From NCBI GenBank assembly GCA_963749205.1, contig CAVVLW010000011.1, forward strand, positions 4,367 to 68,366: 64,000 bases of DNA, given 5' to 3'. Positions 30,709 through 41,850 of the stretch are shown here, in pieces. The first letter of the stretch is position 1, and every line of letters begins with the position of its first letter. A program made the translations under genes and the position numbers. The notes under the pieces are model-generated. The model saw nothing but the letters and a program-made list of their open reading frames with translations. It did no database searches and was not told where the DNA came from. The stretch comes from an uncultured Thermoplasmata archaeon (GTDB lineage: Archaea; Thermoplasmatota; Thermoplasmata; Lutacidiplasmatales; UBA184).

Positions 30709-31731
30709 ATGTCGGATCCGATCGTGTCCGAGCACCTCGTCAAGGTCTACGGCGGGAAGATCCGCGCCGTCGACGACGTCAGCTTCAGCATCCAGGACGG
30801 GGAATTGTACGGCTTCCTCGGCCCGAATGGCGCGGGCAAGACGACCACGGTTCAGATGCTCACGGGGAACTTGCGCCTGACCGGCGGGCATGCGACCGTC
30901 GCCGGGGTGGACGTGGCCCGAGATCCGCTCAAGGTGAAGGAACGCATCGGCCTCGTCTTCCAGGAGTCGACGGCCGACCCCGACCTCACCGGTCGCGAGA
31001 ACCTCGAGCTCGCGGCCGCGCTGTTCCGTGTGCCGCTGCGGACGACGAAGTCCACGATCAATTCCCTGCTGGAGCGGATGCAGATCGGGGACGCTGCCGA
31101 CCGGCTCGTGAAGACGTATTCGGGGGGAATGCGCCGACGACTCGAGCTCGCGGTCGGGATCGTCCACTCTCCACAGGTCCTGTTCCTAGACGAGCCGACG
31201 CTCGGGCTCGACCCCCAGGGACGGGCGGGATTCTGGCGCTACGTGCTGGAGCTTCGGAAGGACCATGGGGTGACGGTCTTCGTCACCACCCACTACCTCG
31301 ATGAGGCCGATACGATGTGCGACCGCATCGCGATCATCGACCACGGCAAGATCGTCGCCACCGGCACTCCCTCCGAGCTCAAGGACCGGCTCGGCGGCGA
31401 CATCGTCACGGTCCGTACCGACCGGCCGCTCGGGCCGGAGGTGGAGACCCTGCTCAAGGGACTGCCCGGTGTCGTGTCGGTCACTTCCTCGGAGGGAAGC
31501 TACCGCGTCAAGGTGCCTCGGGGCGAGGAGTTGATCCCGATCCTGGTGGACGCCTGCACTCGCGCCGGGATCGGACTGGCCGGGGTCTCGCTCAAGCGTC
31601 CCAGCCTGGACGAAGTCTTCCTCGAGTTCACGGGCCGCGAGTACCGGGAGGACGAGGGAGGAATGAATGCGACCGACCGCGCGGTGCGGATCGGTCAGGT
31701 GCAGCAGGCGTTCGGGAGGAGCCGGCGATGA
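30709..31731 (+). CDS. ABC transporter ATP-binding protein (ABC-2/DrrA-type)
   Basis: Walker A GPNGAGKTT, signature YSGGMRRRLELA, Walker B VLFLDEPTLGLD, H-loop TTHYLDEAD. ATGA overlap with the downstream permease. Confidence 0.85.
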   Translation: MSDPIVSEHLVKVYGGKIRAVDDVSFSIQDGELYGFLGPNGAGKTTTVQMLTGNLRLTGGHATVAGVDVARDPLKVKERIGLVFQESTADPDLTGRENLELAAALFRVPLRTTKSTINSLLERMQIGDAADRLVKTYSGGMRRRLELAVGIVHSPQVLFLDEPTLGLDPQGRAGFWRYVLELRKDHGVTVFVTTHYLDEADTMCDRIAIIDHGKIVATGTPSELKDRLGGDIVTVRTDRPLGPEVETLLKGLPGVVSVTSSEGSYRVKVPRGEELIPILVDACTRAGIGLAGVSLKRPSLDEVFLEFTGREYREDEGGMNATDRAVRIGQVQQAFGRSRR

Positions 31732-32551
31732 TCCGGGAACTGAGCGCCCTCACCCATCGCGAACTGCTACGCCTCGCGCGGAACCCGCAGGCGATCATCA
31801 CCTCGCTCATGCTACCGATCCTCTACCTGATCCTCTTCGGACAGGCCTTCAACCTGGGCGCCGTCATCCCTAAGGCAGGACTGCTAACACTCACCCGCGG
31901 CGCTCCGACCTACTTCTCGTACTTCGCGGCAGGGATGGTCGGGTTCGTGGCGGTGACCGCGACGCTGTTCATCGGGGCGAACGTCATCTTCGACCGTCTC
32001 TTCGGTACGCTCAAGCGGATCGCGGCATCGCCGGCGACCGCGACCGAGATCTTCGGCTCGCGCCTCTTGGCGGGCATGATCCAGCCGGTCGGACTCGCCT
32101 TCCTCGTCCTCGGCCTCGCGGTCGTCCTGGGCCATGTCGGGCTCACGGGCCTGAGATCACCGCGTCGTTCTCGGCCGTCGGCGCGGTCGAGATCGTGCTC
32201 GCGATCGTGATCCTGTCGGCGATGTTCGCCTCGTTGTTCCTCGCGGTCGGGTTCTCCATCGAGCAGCCCCAGTCCTACTTCGCGGTCGTGAACGCGATCA
32301 ACCTGCCGGTCCTGCTAACGTCGGCGGCCCTCTTCCCCTGGGGGACGATGCCGGTGTGGTTCCGTAACATCGCCTCGTACAACCCGATCACGCTCGCGGT
32401 CAACGTCATCCGGGAGAATCTCTTCTCCGGGGCCACCGCCTATCATCCGGACACCCCCGCCGTTTACCTCCTGGGCCTCTTCGTGTGGGCCATGGCGATG
32501 TTCCTCCTCGCGACGCTGCTCGCGCGCCGCGCGCTCGCCCCCAAGGCGTAG
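31728..32551 (+). CDS. ABC-2-type transporter permease; frame change near 32150
   Basis: 6 TM helices; ...IITSLMLPILYLILFGQAF... then ...AVGAVEIVLAIVILSAMFASLFLAVGFSIEQPQSY... Confidence 0.7.
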
Positions 32552-32563
32552 GCGCGCCCGAGG

Positions 32564-34015
32564 TCAGTCCCCCGCCTCGGGGGCGGGTTCCGCGAGGGCC
32601 GGCGGAGGCCTCCCGCGAAGGGCGATCGGGATCAGCGACAGCAGGACCACCGCCGCCGAGACGAAGAAAATCAGGTGGATCGACTCCAGGAATCCGGCCG
32701 CCGCCGCGGCGGACCCGTTCGCGATGGTGCCGCCGGTGAGGATGATCTCCAGCGTCGACCGGGGAACGACGGTCGACATGATCACGAGCGTAAGGCCGAG
32801 GCTCACGACCGCCCCGGTGTTGAGGAAGGTCGTTCCGATGCCCGACGCGACCCCCCGACGGTTGGGAGGTACCGCTGTCATCATCGTCGCGCGATTCGGG
32901 GCGGCGAACAGTCCCATCCCTGCTCCGACGAGGATCAACGGTGGGGTCAGCTGGAGAAACGAATCCATCGGGCCGATCGTCCCGAGCCAGAGGAATCCGG
33001 AGGCCGAGATGAGGAGACCGAACACGGTGAACCAGGTCGGTCCGTACCGGTCCGAGAGCCATCCGCTCACGGGGCCGAAGGTCGCGAGCGATGCGGACAC
33101 CGGGATCAGGAAGAGACCGGCGGTGAACGGGCTGAGGTATCGCGGCGGGCCCTGGAGGTAGAACACGAGGACGAAGACGAAGGCGCCGCGGGCAAGGGAA
33201 TTCATCAAGGTCGCCGTAGTGGAGGTGGAGAATACCCGGTTCCGGAAGAGGGAGAGGTCGAGCATCGGCGACGGGACCCAGCTCTCGATCCAAACGAACG
33301 CGACGAGCACGGCGCCGCCGACGACCACCGTGGTGATCGCCGCGGCTCCGCTCAGGTTGCCGAGGGCGCCGAGGGTGATCCCGGCCAGGATCAGCGTGAG
33401 GCCGACGGCGAAGGCAACGTTCCCCAACCAGTCAATGTGGGGTTCCTGCTCCCGGGGGACGAGCTCCTTGAGGTCGACGCGCGCTCGCAGGGTCGCGACG
33501 ATCCCGATCGGGACGTTGACGAAGAAGATCCATCGCCAGCCGATGGTGGACGTGATCACGCCTCCGAGCACCAGGCCCGCCACGGCGCCGACGACGATTG
33601 ATATCTGGTTGATCCCGAGCGCGCGCCCACGCTCGTTGGGAGGAAAAGCGTCCGTGATGATCGCCGCAGAGTTGGCGAAGAGGAATCCGGCGCCGATCGC
33701 CTGGATCAGCCGGAACAGGACAAGCTCGAGCCCGGTCTGGGAGAGACCGCAGACGAGGGAGCCGACCGTGAAGATCGCGAAGCCGAGCACGTAGAGGCGT
33801 ACGCGCCCGAACATGTCGGAGAGGCGGCCAAAGTTGAGGAGAACGACCGCGGTAAGGAGAGAATAGCCGAGGAGGATCCAGAGGAGCGTCGTGGCGTTCG
33901 TGTCGGGGAGCTGTCGTCCGATCGTGGGCAGCGAGATCAGCACGATGTTGGTGTCGATGGCCGCCATGAGGGTGGCGACGGTCGTGTTGGAAAGGACGAG
34001 CCACTTGTACTTCAT
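32564..34015 (-). CDS. MFS transporter, DHA2/EmrB-like (14 TM)
   Basis: Start MKYKWLVLSNTTVATLMAAIDTNIVLISLPTI (typical DHA2 N-terminus), 14 predicted TM helices. The upstream 197 codons of the ORF are R/G-rich and judged spurious. Confidence 0.75.
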   Translation of the reverse strand: MKYKWLVLSNTTVATLMAAIDTNIVLISLPTIGRQLPDTNATTLLWILLGYSLLTAVVLLNFGRLSDMFGRVRLYVLGFAIFTVGSLVCGLSQTGLELVLFRLIQAIGAGFLFANSAAIITDAFPPNERGRALGINQISIVVGAVAGLVLGGVITSTIGWRWIFFVNVPIGIVATLRARVDLKELVPREQEPHIDWLGNVAFAVGLTLILAGITLGALGNLSGAAAITTVVVGGAVLVAFVWIESWVPSPMLDLSLFRNRVFSTSTTATLMNSLARGAFVFVLVFYLQGPPRYLSPFTAGLFLIPVSASLATFGPVSGWLSDRYGPTWFTVFGLLISASGFLWLGTIGPMDSFLQLTPPLILVGAGMGLFAAPNRATMMTAVPPNRRGVASGIGTTFLNTGAVVSLGLTLVIMSTVVPRSTLEIILTGGTIANGSAAAAAGFLESIHLIFFVSAAVVLLSLIPIALRGRPPPALAEPAPEAGD

Positions 34016-34128
34016 CGTCGGAAGCGAGGGAACGACCGGCCCGGGCCACCTTGGGCCGTCACGACGGAACCGGCATCGGCCGGCCAGAGGTACTCGCCGG
34101 AAGTCGGGCTCGACACTCGTACCCGCCG

Positions 34129-34569
34129 TTAACCGAGGGTCGACGGGTTGGTCTGGAATCCTGCGATCTCGGACGACACCTTGTCGACGTACTCGCGGAA
34201 CATCCGCAGCACGGTCCGCGCCGTGATGATCCCCAAGACCTGGTCGCCCGAGCGGACGACCATCCGGCGGACCCCCTTCTCGGACATGGTCGCCACCACG
34301 ACGTCGGTCGGAGTGTCGGGAGGACAGGAGTCCACGACCGTCGTGGCGATCTCGCGGACCCCGACCTTCGCCGGGTCGAGACCGGGAGCCACGACCTTCG
34401 AGAGGTAATCCCACTCGGTCACGATCCCGGCGATCGTCCCGGGAGACCGGATCAGCACGGCGTAGCCCTTGTGCTGCTGGACCATCGTGCGGGCGCAGGT
34501 CAGCGCATCCACGCCCTCGTCCACGGTCAGTACCGTCTTCTCCATGATGTCCTTGGCCACGAGCACCAT
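34129..34569 (-). CDS. CBS-domain pair protein
   Basis: 146 aa; two CBS motifs (...VLTVDEGVDALTCARTMVQQHKGYAVLIRS..., ...MVVRSGDQVLGIITARTVL...). Confidence 0.7.
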   Translation of the reverse strand: MVLVAKDIMEKTVLTVDEGVDALTCARTMVQQHKGYAVLIRSPGTIAGIVTEWDYLSKVVAPGLDPAKVGVREIATTVVDSCPPDTPTDVVVATMSEKGVRRMVVRSGDQVLGIITARTVLRMFREYVDKVSSEIAGFQTNPSTLG

Positions 34570-34629
34570 CGACCGCGGAGACGCCCGGGGGATTAATACC
34601 GTGCATGATTGGACCGCTCCGATGGACTC

Positions 34630-35698
34630 ATGACCGACTCGGCGAGCCCTGCCCCCGAGCTCGATGTCAGTCTGCTCGCAGGCTTCGGATTCGAATGCCC
34701 GGCCCGACTGCGGGCTCTGCTGCTACGCCCAGCCACGGGCCGTCGCGGCCGAACGGTCGCGCCTCCTCCAAATCGTCCCGGAACTCCAGTTCGTCGGAGA
34801 GGGTCCAGACCGCTTCATCGCCGGGCACGGGGAGGGGGGCGCCTGCCAGTTGCTCTCGGGAAATCGCTGCCGCGCCCACACCGCCCGGCCTCACCCTTGC
34901 CCGGGAGTTTCCCGTCACCGCTCACGTCGGCGACCGCCTGCAAGCGACGGTCGTACTCTCCTGTCCGGGGGTCGACCTCTCGATGCTTCACTCTTCGCAG
35001 AGCGGAGGGGGGGGTCACGCACGCCCGGGATTTCCGACGGAAGTCGCCGCACTTCGAGAACGGGTGGACGCACGACGACCCTGCGGCGCTTGGAGGCAAG
35101 TCGCCGCCGCCGTCGCAAGATCCTGCGCGCGCTCACCGAGGAGGGCCGTTGGGAGGAGGAGGAAGATGTTCGACGCACCGTCCGACGGTCCTTGCCGATG
35201 CCCCCCGACGACCAGTTCCCGGTCGCTGACCCACCTTCGGCGGACGACGGACTGGACCTCCTGCCCCTCTTCTTCGACGGACGGGGCGCACCGGTCGCCC
35301 TCGCACGCGCGCTGGGGGGGTGGGAGTTCCTCGAACTCCGTCCGGAGGGGGGAGTCGCCCGTTCCCTCGGCGTGGTGCCGCCGCCGGACCGGGCGCCGTC
35401 CCTCGAACCGAACGCCGCCCGACTATTGGAGGGATATCTCGGCTACTGGCTGCGGCGCGACGCGCTCTTTGGCGCCGTTCACCTCCAAATGCTGCGGTCG
35501 GCGGAGGCGGGCACGGTCACCGAGCGGGTCGAGGGGGAGCTCGAAGGAATCGGCGCGCTGGTCCTTTCGCGGGCGGAGGTTCGTGCAAAGCTCCGGAGGG
35601 GGACGGTGGACCGACTCTCGCGGTCGGAGGTCGCGGACGGGATCCGGGCGACCGACCAGGACCTCCTCGACCGCGACAGCTGGGGAGACCGGTTCTAG
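34630..35698 (+). CDS. hypothetical protein, possibly a YkgJ/UPF0153-like Cys-cluster protein; frame changes likely
   Basis: ...LAGFGFECPAR then, in another frame, CGLCCYAQP... together give a FxCxxxCGxCC-like motif; the C-terminal 200 aa (...LLEGYLGYWLRRDALFGAVHLQMLRSAEAG...) have no recognisable family. Confidence 0.3.
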
Positions 35699-36951
35699 GG
35701 CGACCCCACGGGGGGAAATTTTTGCCCGAGCAGCCGCTCGAGCTCCTCGGCCAGCTTCGCCGTGTGCTCCGGGCGCCAACGGGATCCGGTCGGCTCTTCG
35801 GGGTCGGCCCACGTCTTGGGCGAGAGCTCGCCCATCGTCTGGCGGTACTCGTTCCTCCACCGTTCCGGCAGCTCCTCGGAGTCGTCGGGGGGCGCCAGCC
35901 CCGCCAAGAGCACTCCCGCCCGAGCTAGGACCCGGCTGACGGAGCTTGCCCGGTATCCGCCGCCCCCCGTGACCACGAGGCGACCTCCGCACACCTCCTG
36001 GGCCAGCGCGAGCAAGGTGCGGTCGATCTCTGCATAGGCATGAGGGGTGTACTGCAGATGCGCGAGCGAATCTCCGACGTGCCCGTCCACGCCGTGTTGG
36101 AGGACGATCACGGCGGGCCGGAACGACCGGAGGAGTGGAGGGACGATGCGCCGGAACAGCGGAAGGAGTGCTTCGTCTCCCGAGAGCGGTGGGAGGGGCA
36201 GATTGACCTTCAATCCTTCTCCGTCCCCGCGACCCGTTTCGGGCGGGAACCCGGTTCCCGGGAACAAGGTCCGCCCGTCCTGATGCACGTCGATGTCGAG
36301 CACCCGCCCCGAGTCGTAGAATCCGTACATCACGCCGTCGCCGTGGTGCGCGTCGATGTCGATGTACGCCACCCGATGGCCCGCGCTCGCGGCGCGGCCG
36401 ACCGCGACGGCGACGTCGTTGAAGATGCAGAAACCACTCGCCCCCTCGGGTCGCGCGTGGTGCAGTCCTCCCGCCGGGTGAAACGCTGGACGGGAATCCC
36501 GCATCGCGTGGGCCAGCGCCCGGTCGGCCCCCTCGACGATCCGGGCGGCCTCCTCGTAGCACCCCGGGAACGACGGGGTATCCCCCCCGTCGAGGAGGAT
36601 CGGGTTCTCGTATCCGCTCGCCCGCTCGACGAACTCGACGTACTCGGGACGGTGGAACGATTCGAGTACGCTCCGCGATGCCGGCGGAACCTTCCGGACC
36701 CATTCGATCGCGTCCGGGTCGCGCGCCTCGCTCGCCGCCGCGAGAAGGTCGGCCGCCAGCGCCCGGCTCCGCTCGGAGAAGGGGTGCTCCGCCCCAAGGT
36801 CGTAGGCGCGGAACCGCTCGTCCCAGATGACCGTGAGGGACGGTGGGCTCACTCCTTGCCTCCCACCCACTGCGTACGGCGACGGTGCCCCATCATGCAG
36901 CGTCGAACGGGCAGTCGGATAAACCCGGCGCGCCAGTAGCGGCGCCTGCAA
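35695..36951 (-). CDS. histone-deacetylase/acetoin-utilisation (AcuC/HDAC) family protein
   Basis: ...CIFNDVAVAV...AYIDIDAHHGDGV...GTGFPPETG... (HDAC class zinc site). True start probably about 35-40 codons inside the ORF. Confidence 0.75.
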   Translation of the reverse strand: MQAPLLARRVYPTARSTLHDGAPSPYAVGGRQGVSPPSLTVIWDERFRAYDLGAEHPFSERSRALAADLLAAASEARDPDAIEWVRKVPPASRSVLESFHRPEYVEFVERASGYENPILLDGGDTPSFPGCYEEAARIVEGADRALAHAMRDSRPAFHPAGGLHHARPEGASGFCIFNDVAVAVGRAASAGHRVAYIDIDAHHGDGVMYGFYDSGRVLDIDVHQDGRTLFPGTGFPPETGRGDGEGLKVNLPLPPLSGDEALLPLFRRIVPPLLRSFRPAVIVLQHGVDGHVGDSLAHLQYTPHAYAEIDRTLLALAQEVCGGRLVVTGGGGYRASSVSRVLARAGVLLAGLAPPDDSEELPERWRNEYRQTMGELSPKTWADPEEPTGSRWRPEHTAKLAEELERLLGQKFPPVGSP

Positions 36952-36995
36952 GGCACTGTTAATAGCCGCGCCGGGTCGCGAGACCCGAGGCGAAG

Positions 36996-37220
36996 ATGGG
37001 GATCGATGACGACGTGTCGGCCAACGCGGTCAAAGTCTACAAGACGATGAAGGACCTCGGGAACGTCTCCGACGAAAAGATGGGAACCGCGGAACGGATC
37101 ACTCAGTCGGCGAAGCTGCCGAAGAACATGGTGCTGAACGCCCTCCAGGAGCTTCAGGCGAAAGCCTACGTCCGGCGCAAGGTCCGCGAGAAGGCCGCGG
37201 GTTACTATCTGATCCGCTAG
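36996..37220 (+). CDS. small winged-helix DNA-binding protein
   Basis: 74 aa. ...LPKNMVLNALQELQAKAYVRRKVREKAAGYYLIR resembles the recognition helix and wing of small archaeal wHTH regulators. 4-nt convergent overlap with the tfb stop. Confidence 0.4.
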   Translation: MGIDDDVSANAVKVYKTMKDLGNVSDEKMGTAERITQSAKLPKNMVLNALQELQAKAYVRRKVREKAAGYYLIR

Positions 37221-38221
37221 CTCGGCGAGTCGGGCCCGAGGGCCGTGGGCAGGCCGCGTCGGCCCCATACCTTCTCGAGGAGACGGCTGGTGGACCGCAG
37301 GGTCACTTCGGTCACGGCGCTGACCCGAGCGACCTGGGCTCGGGAGCGCCGCTCGCCGTGCTTCTCCGCCGCGAGGTAGATCAGTGCGGCGACCAAGCCG
37401 TGGGGAGAGAGGCCCGAGAGCTCGGGGTCGTCCCTGGCCTCGTCGAGCATCGCCTCGACGGTCGAGCGAACCCACGGGGAGAGCGCGAGTTCCTGCGCAT
37501 ACCGCCCAAGGAACGCCTTGGTCCCCACACTGGGCACGCTTTGCCCGGTCCCACGCTGAATGACCTTGAACGTACGACCGACCTCGGATCGTTTCGCGTT
37601 GACCGCCTCCGCCACCTCGCCGAGGGTGCGCGGAACCGAGTACCGACGGCAGGCGACGTAGAGGGCGGCGCCGACGCTGGCGGGAAGGCTGCGCCCGCGG
37701 AAAAGGCCGCGGTGTTTTGCTTCCCGGAAGACGTGCTCCGCTTCGGCCTGGATCACCGGCGGAAGCCCGAGGCGTTCCACGGCGACCACGATCTCGTTGC
37801 GCGCGGGGGAGCGGTCGAGAGGCCCGTCCGCGACCCGCGAGGTCTGCCGCTGCATGACGCGCTTGAGGTGCTGGAATTCGTACCGACGGTGCCAGTCGAG
37901 TCGCTTCCCCTGACCGTCGCGCGCGGTGGACAGGGTCGACCCGAGCGCTCGTTTGGACCCGCCGGGGGGAACGAACGGCCCGATCCCGCGGCCGCTGCCC
38001 TCGGAACCGGAGGCACCGACGGGTGGGGGGGGGACTGCCAGGATCTCGGAAGTTTCGAACACGAGGCCGCACTCCGCACAATGCGTCTCGGCCCGGATCG
38101 GGTCGACGATCCGGTGCCCGCTCCCGCACATGGGACATGTCGGGGCCTGCGCTCCAGCTCCGGTCGAAGCCGGCGCGGGACGCATGACACGGTCTGGCAC
38201 GGTACTACCGAGGGCCATCAC
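37217..38221 (-). CDS. tfb: transcription initiation factor IIB (TFB)
   Basis: N-terminal Zn ribbon CPMCGSG...HCAECGLV, B-reader/linker, two cyclin-fold repeats (...LGLPPVIQAEAEHVFREA..., ...AALIYLAAEKHGERRSRAQVA...). Confidence 0.9.
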   Translation of the reverse strand: MMALGSTVPDRVMRPAPASTGAGAQAPTCPMCGSGHRIVDPIRAETHCAECGLVFETSEILAVPPPPVGASGSEGSGRGIGPFVPPGGSKRALGSTLSTARDGQGKRLDWHRRYEFQHLKRVMQRQTSRVADGPLDRSPARNEIVVAVERLGLPPVIQAEAEHVFREAKHRGLFRGRSLPASVGAALYVACRRYSVPRTLGEVAEAVNAKRSEVGRTFKVIQRGTGQSVPSVGTKAFLGRYAQELALSPWVRSTVEAMLDEARDDPELSGLSPHGLVAALIYLAAEKHGERRSRAQVARVSAVTEVTLRSTSRLLEKVWGRRGLPTALGPDSPS

Positions 38222-38291
38222 TTGCTTAATAGCTGTCGGGCGGGTCTCACGTTTGGGAAAGGGGGTCTTTCGCCGGTAAACTTATTCTCGG

Positions 38292-38978
38292 GTGGCCGCT
38301 ACGTTCTCCCTCGTGCGGGCTGGTCTCTTTGCGGTGGGCGCCGCTATCGCCGTCATCGGCGTCGGTGTCCTGCTCGCCTCCCTCACGTTTTCCGGCGGGC
38401 CCACCGTCACCCAGATCGACACGGTCACGGTCGCGGGCCTCCTTGGGCACTCGTTCTATGAACGTGAGCTCGCGGGCGTGAGCCGATCCTCCGCCACCAC
38501 CCACGTGGTCTGGGACTCTACCCAGTCCCTACTCGTCGCGATCTACCCCTCGGTTCCCTGCCCGCAGAACAAAGGGGTCTGTCCGGGCGGGCAGGCGCTG
38601 CAATCGTGGTGGGACGATGCGGGGAGTTGGTCGGTCAGCGGAGGGCTCTCCTTTCCCCTGTTCCTGAATCTAACGAACCCGAACGGCACTACGGTGTCGT
38701 TCTCCGGATCCCTGGAGGAAACCTATTCCACGGGCGCTGCGACCAATCCTACGTGGGGACTCTGGGGGCTCTTCTTGCCCCTGATCGGTGCGATCGTCCT
38801 AGTCGCGATCGGGGGGGTGGGGATCTTTCTCGGACTGTTCCTTCCGCGGGGCGTCTACTCGGGTCCCGGCCCAGTCGAGCCGCTGTACGATGGCATAGAC
38901 GACGACGAATTCGATGACGTGGGCGAGGCCGACGACCTCGGCGAGGACGAAGGTCCTCCCCCCGGTGGGAACGGGTGA
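38292..38978 (+). CDS. hypothetical membrane glycoprotein (N- and C-terminal TM helices, acidic tail)
   Basis: TM at 10-35 and about 160-185; sequons NLT, NGT; C-terminal DDDEFDDVGEADDLGEDEG tail. Confidence 0.4.
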   Translation: MAATFSLVRAGLFAVGAAIAVIGVGVLLASLTFSGGPTVTQIDTVTVAGLLGHSFYERELAGVSRSSATTHVVWDSTQSLLVAIYPSVPCPQNKGVCPGGQALQSWWDDAGSWSVSGGLSFPLFLNLTNPNGTTVSFSGSLEETYSTGAATNPTWGLWGLFLPLIGAIVLVAIGGVGIFLGLFLPRGVYSGPGPVEPLYDGIDDDEFDDVGEADDLGEDEGPPPGGNG

Positions 38979-38995
38979 TCACGGCCCCGGAAAGT

Positions 38996-40780
38996 TCACT
39001 GGCCCCAGAACGGGTGAGCGGACCGGTGGAGCCGTGCGACCTCCTCAAGGATCTCCGCCTCTCGGGGCGTGAGCCCTTGGCCCCTCAATGCGCGTGCTGC
39101 GGATTCCGGGATCGACACGAGCAGCTGGTCCCCTTCCTTCACGTTCCGTCCGACGACGGCGCCCTCGATGGACGCCGCGAGCTCGGTCAGTTCCTCGGCC
39201 GACGCGACCGATTCCCCATCCTTCTGGAGGCCGCGGAGCACTCCCACCTCGGTGCCGTCCGTCTTCATGAGCCGAACCCCCGGTCGAAGGATGCCGCCGA
39301 GGACCTTCACCCCGACGATTGCCGGCTTCGACGCACGGAAGACGAACCCGGGGAGTATCTCGAGCTTCGCGGGATGGACGAGCTCCAGCCGGCGCTGCGC
39401 CTGCATCGCCCGCTGCCGCTCGTCGCGCCAGGTCGTGTACTCTTCGATGACGCGGTACATCACCTCGCCTCGGAAGATCCGCACCGGCCCTGCTTCGCCT
39501 TCCGGCTGGGCGTCCGGAAGCGATGGGCACATTGAACGCCAGCACGGCGCGATGGGTCGGGTCCTTCACGGTCGCCATGCGGATGACGGTCGGCCGTCCG
39601 ACGGGACCCACCGTCGCCTCGTGGACCGGGATCTTGCCCTCCCGGCACTCGAAGGCGAGCGCTTCCAGCCCGCCGAGCGCATCGGCACAGATCGCAACGC
39701 CACTCTCGGCGAGTTCCGCCACGGGCTGGGCCTCCTGGGCGAGCTCGGCCCGAACGCGCGCGGCCTCCTCGGCCGAGTGCACGACCTTGAGCAACCCCCC
39801 CGGCATCGCGTCCTCGATCCCGGGCGCTGCGAGGTAGACTCCCGCAGCGGCCAGGACCTCGTCGAACGACCGGAGCTTCACTTGCTTCGATGACGTGCCG
39901 GGTTTCAACGGGATGGGTCGATAGATCCCTCGGATCCGGGTCGAGAACGGTTCGGTCCGCCCCGTCGCGACGATCTCGTCGCCGACCTTCAAGCGGCCGC
40001 TGTACACGATGACGTTCCCGACCGGCCCGATCCCTTTCTGGTCGCTCCGTTCGAGGATCGTCGCCTCGCCGCCCTCGGTGACGAGTGCGAGCTCCTCCTG
40101 GAGGAATCGCTGGGCGAGTCCGACCAGCAGCGCGATGAGCTCCGGCACTCCGACCCCGCTCTTCGCCGAGACCGGAACGATCCCGACGTTCCGGGTGAAA
40201 TCACTCACCCGGTCGTACCGGTCGGCCGAGAATCCGAGCCGGACGACCTCTTCCGCGACCGAGTAAAGGTGCTGGTCGAGTGTCCGGGCGAACTCGGGCC
40301 CGCCCGCGCGCGATCTGGTCGGCGAGGGGAACCGGGGTCGGGGTCTTCCGCCATCCCGCCAGGAGGTCGATCTTCGTGAGGGCGATCGCGAACGGGGTCT
40401 TCTCGTGACGGAGGATCTGGATCGATTCCCGAGTCTGGGGCATCAGCCCCTCCCGGACATCCACGACCAGGATCGCGAGGTCCGCGAGCGCACCGCCCCG
40501 GCGGCGGAGCGTCTCGAACGACCGGTGGCCGGGCGTGTCGACGAACAGTAGGCCCGGGACCGCGAGCTGGTCCGTGGTCAGAATCCCTTCGCACAGTCGG
40601 CGTACCGTCGGTCCGGGGACCTCGATCGCGCCGATGTGTTGCGTGATGCCGCCGGCTTCCTTCGAAGCTCGGTACGCTCCCCGCGATGCGGTCCAGCAGG
40701 GTCGTCTTCCCGTGGTCGACGTGACCCAGCAGGGAGACGATCGGCTCTCGGAGGTCGACCACGCCCGTACGACGGGCCAT
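38996..40780 (-). CDS. infB: translation initiation factor aIF5B (IF-2 homologue); at least three frame changes
   Basis: G1 IVSLLGHVDHGKTTLLDRI (ORF 40205..40780); ...VDTPGH..., G4 ...LTKIDLL (ORF 40201..40464); domain II/III pieces in 39045..40208; C-terminal beta-barrel ...IVGVKVLGGILRPGVRLMKTDGTEVGVLRGLQKDGESV... (ORF 38996..39532). Confidence 0.85.
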
Positions 40781-40813
40781 GAACCATTAGGGTTTCTGAG
40801 CCCCCGGCCAGTC

Positions 40814-41825
40814 CTAGGCCCCGAGCCTGGCGCGGATCTCTGCGGCCGCGGTCTCCGGCGCGACCGGATTTACCGCGGTCCCCGCACCGAGCTCGAAGCC
40901 GTCGGCGCGAACGAGCCGCGGAGCGACCTCGACGTGCCAGTGGAACTCCGCCCCGGCGCCGGGTGCAGCCGCGAGGCCGTGGACGAACCAGTTGTAGGAC
41001 GCCTGTGGGTAGATCGCGTCGATCGCCCGGAGGACCGCCGGAAGCCGCTCGGCGAGCTGGTCGACCTCCGCGTCGGACGAGTCCGCGAAGCTGGTCGCAT
41101 GTCGCTTCGGTACCAACCAGACCTCGTAGGGGAATTCCGAGGCGAACGGGGCGAGGGTGGTGAACGCCCCGGCGTCCGAGACGATCCGCTCGTGGGCATC
41201 CCGCTCCGCGGCGACCATCGACTCGAGGAGGCATCCACCGGTCGCTCGGGATGCGTCCCGGCGAAATCCTTCCCGCTCCTCCTCGAACCTCGTCGGGACC
41301 TTCTCGGTCGCGACGAGCTGGGCGTGTGGGTGAGGGAGCGTTCCTCCGGATTCCGGCCCTCGGTTCTCGAACAACAGCACCGCACCGATGTCGGGCCGGG
41401 CGGTGAGGGACCGGACCCGCTCCCGAAAGAAGCGGAAGAGCGAGCGAAGCTGCTCGGGGGCGAGATAGGCCAGGTCGGGCGAGTGCTTCGGACCCGCGAC
41501 GATCACTTCGTGGACGCCCGCGGCCGGGGCCTGCTCGAAGAGAGGAGAGATTGGAGGGCGATCGGCGATCGACCTCGGCGATACCGTCGGAAACCGGTTG
41601 GGGATCGCCCGAACGGTCCACCCGGGTCCGTTGGGCGGGCTCCGGGCACCCCGAACGGCCGCGATCTCGAGGGGAGTGCTTCCCTCGTGACCCTCGCAGA
41701 ACGGGCAGTCCTCCTCAGCGGAACGAGGGGGAGGCGGGGCCGAGTAGTCGTTCGGCCGGGCGAGACCGGCCCTCGGCAACGATCCGCCAGTGCCCTGTGA
41801 GCGGGTCCTTCCGGAATTCGGACAT
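40814..41825 (-). CDS. galT: galactose-1-phosphate uridylyltransferase-like HIT-family nucleotidyltransferase (GalT family); frame change near 41780
   Basis: MSEFRKDPLTGHWRIVAEGR... (other frame) then ...CPFCEGHE... zinc site, ...HPHAQL (HxHxQ active site). 321+ aa. Confidence 0.7.
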
Positions 41826-41850
41826 GTACCGGGCCCGGAGCGGATGCACC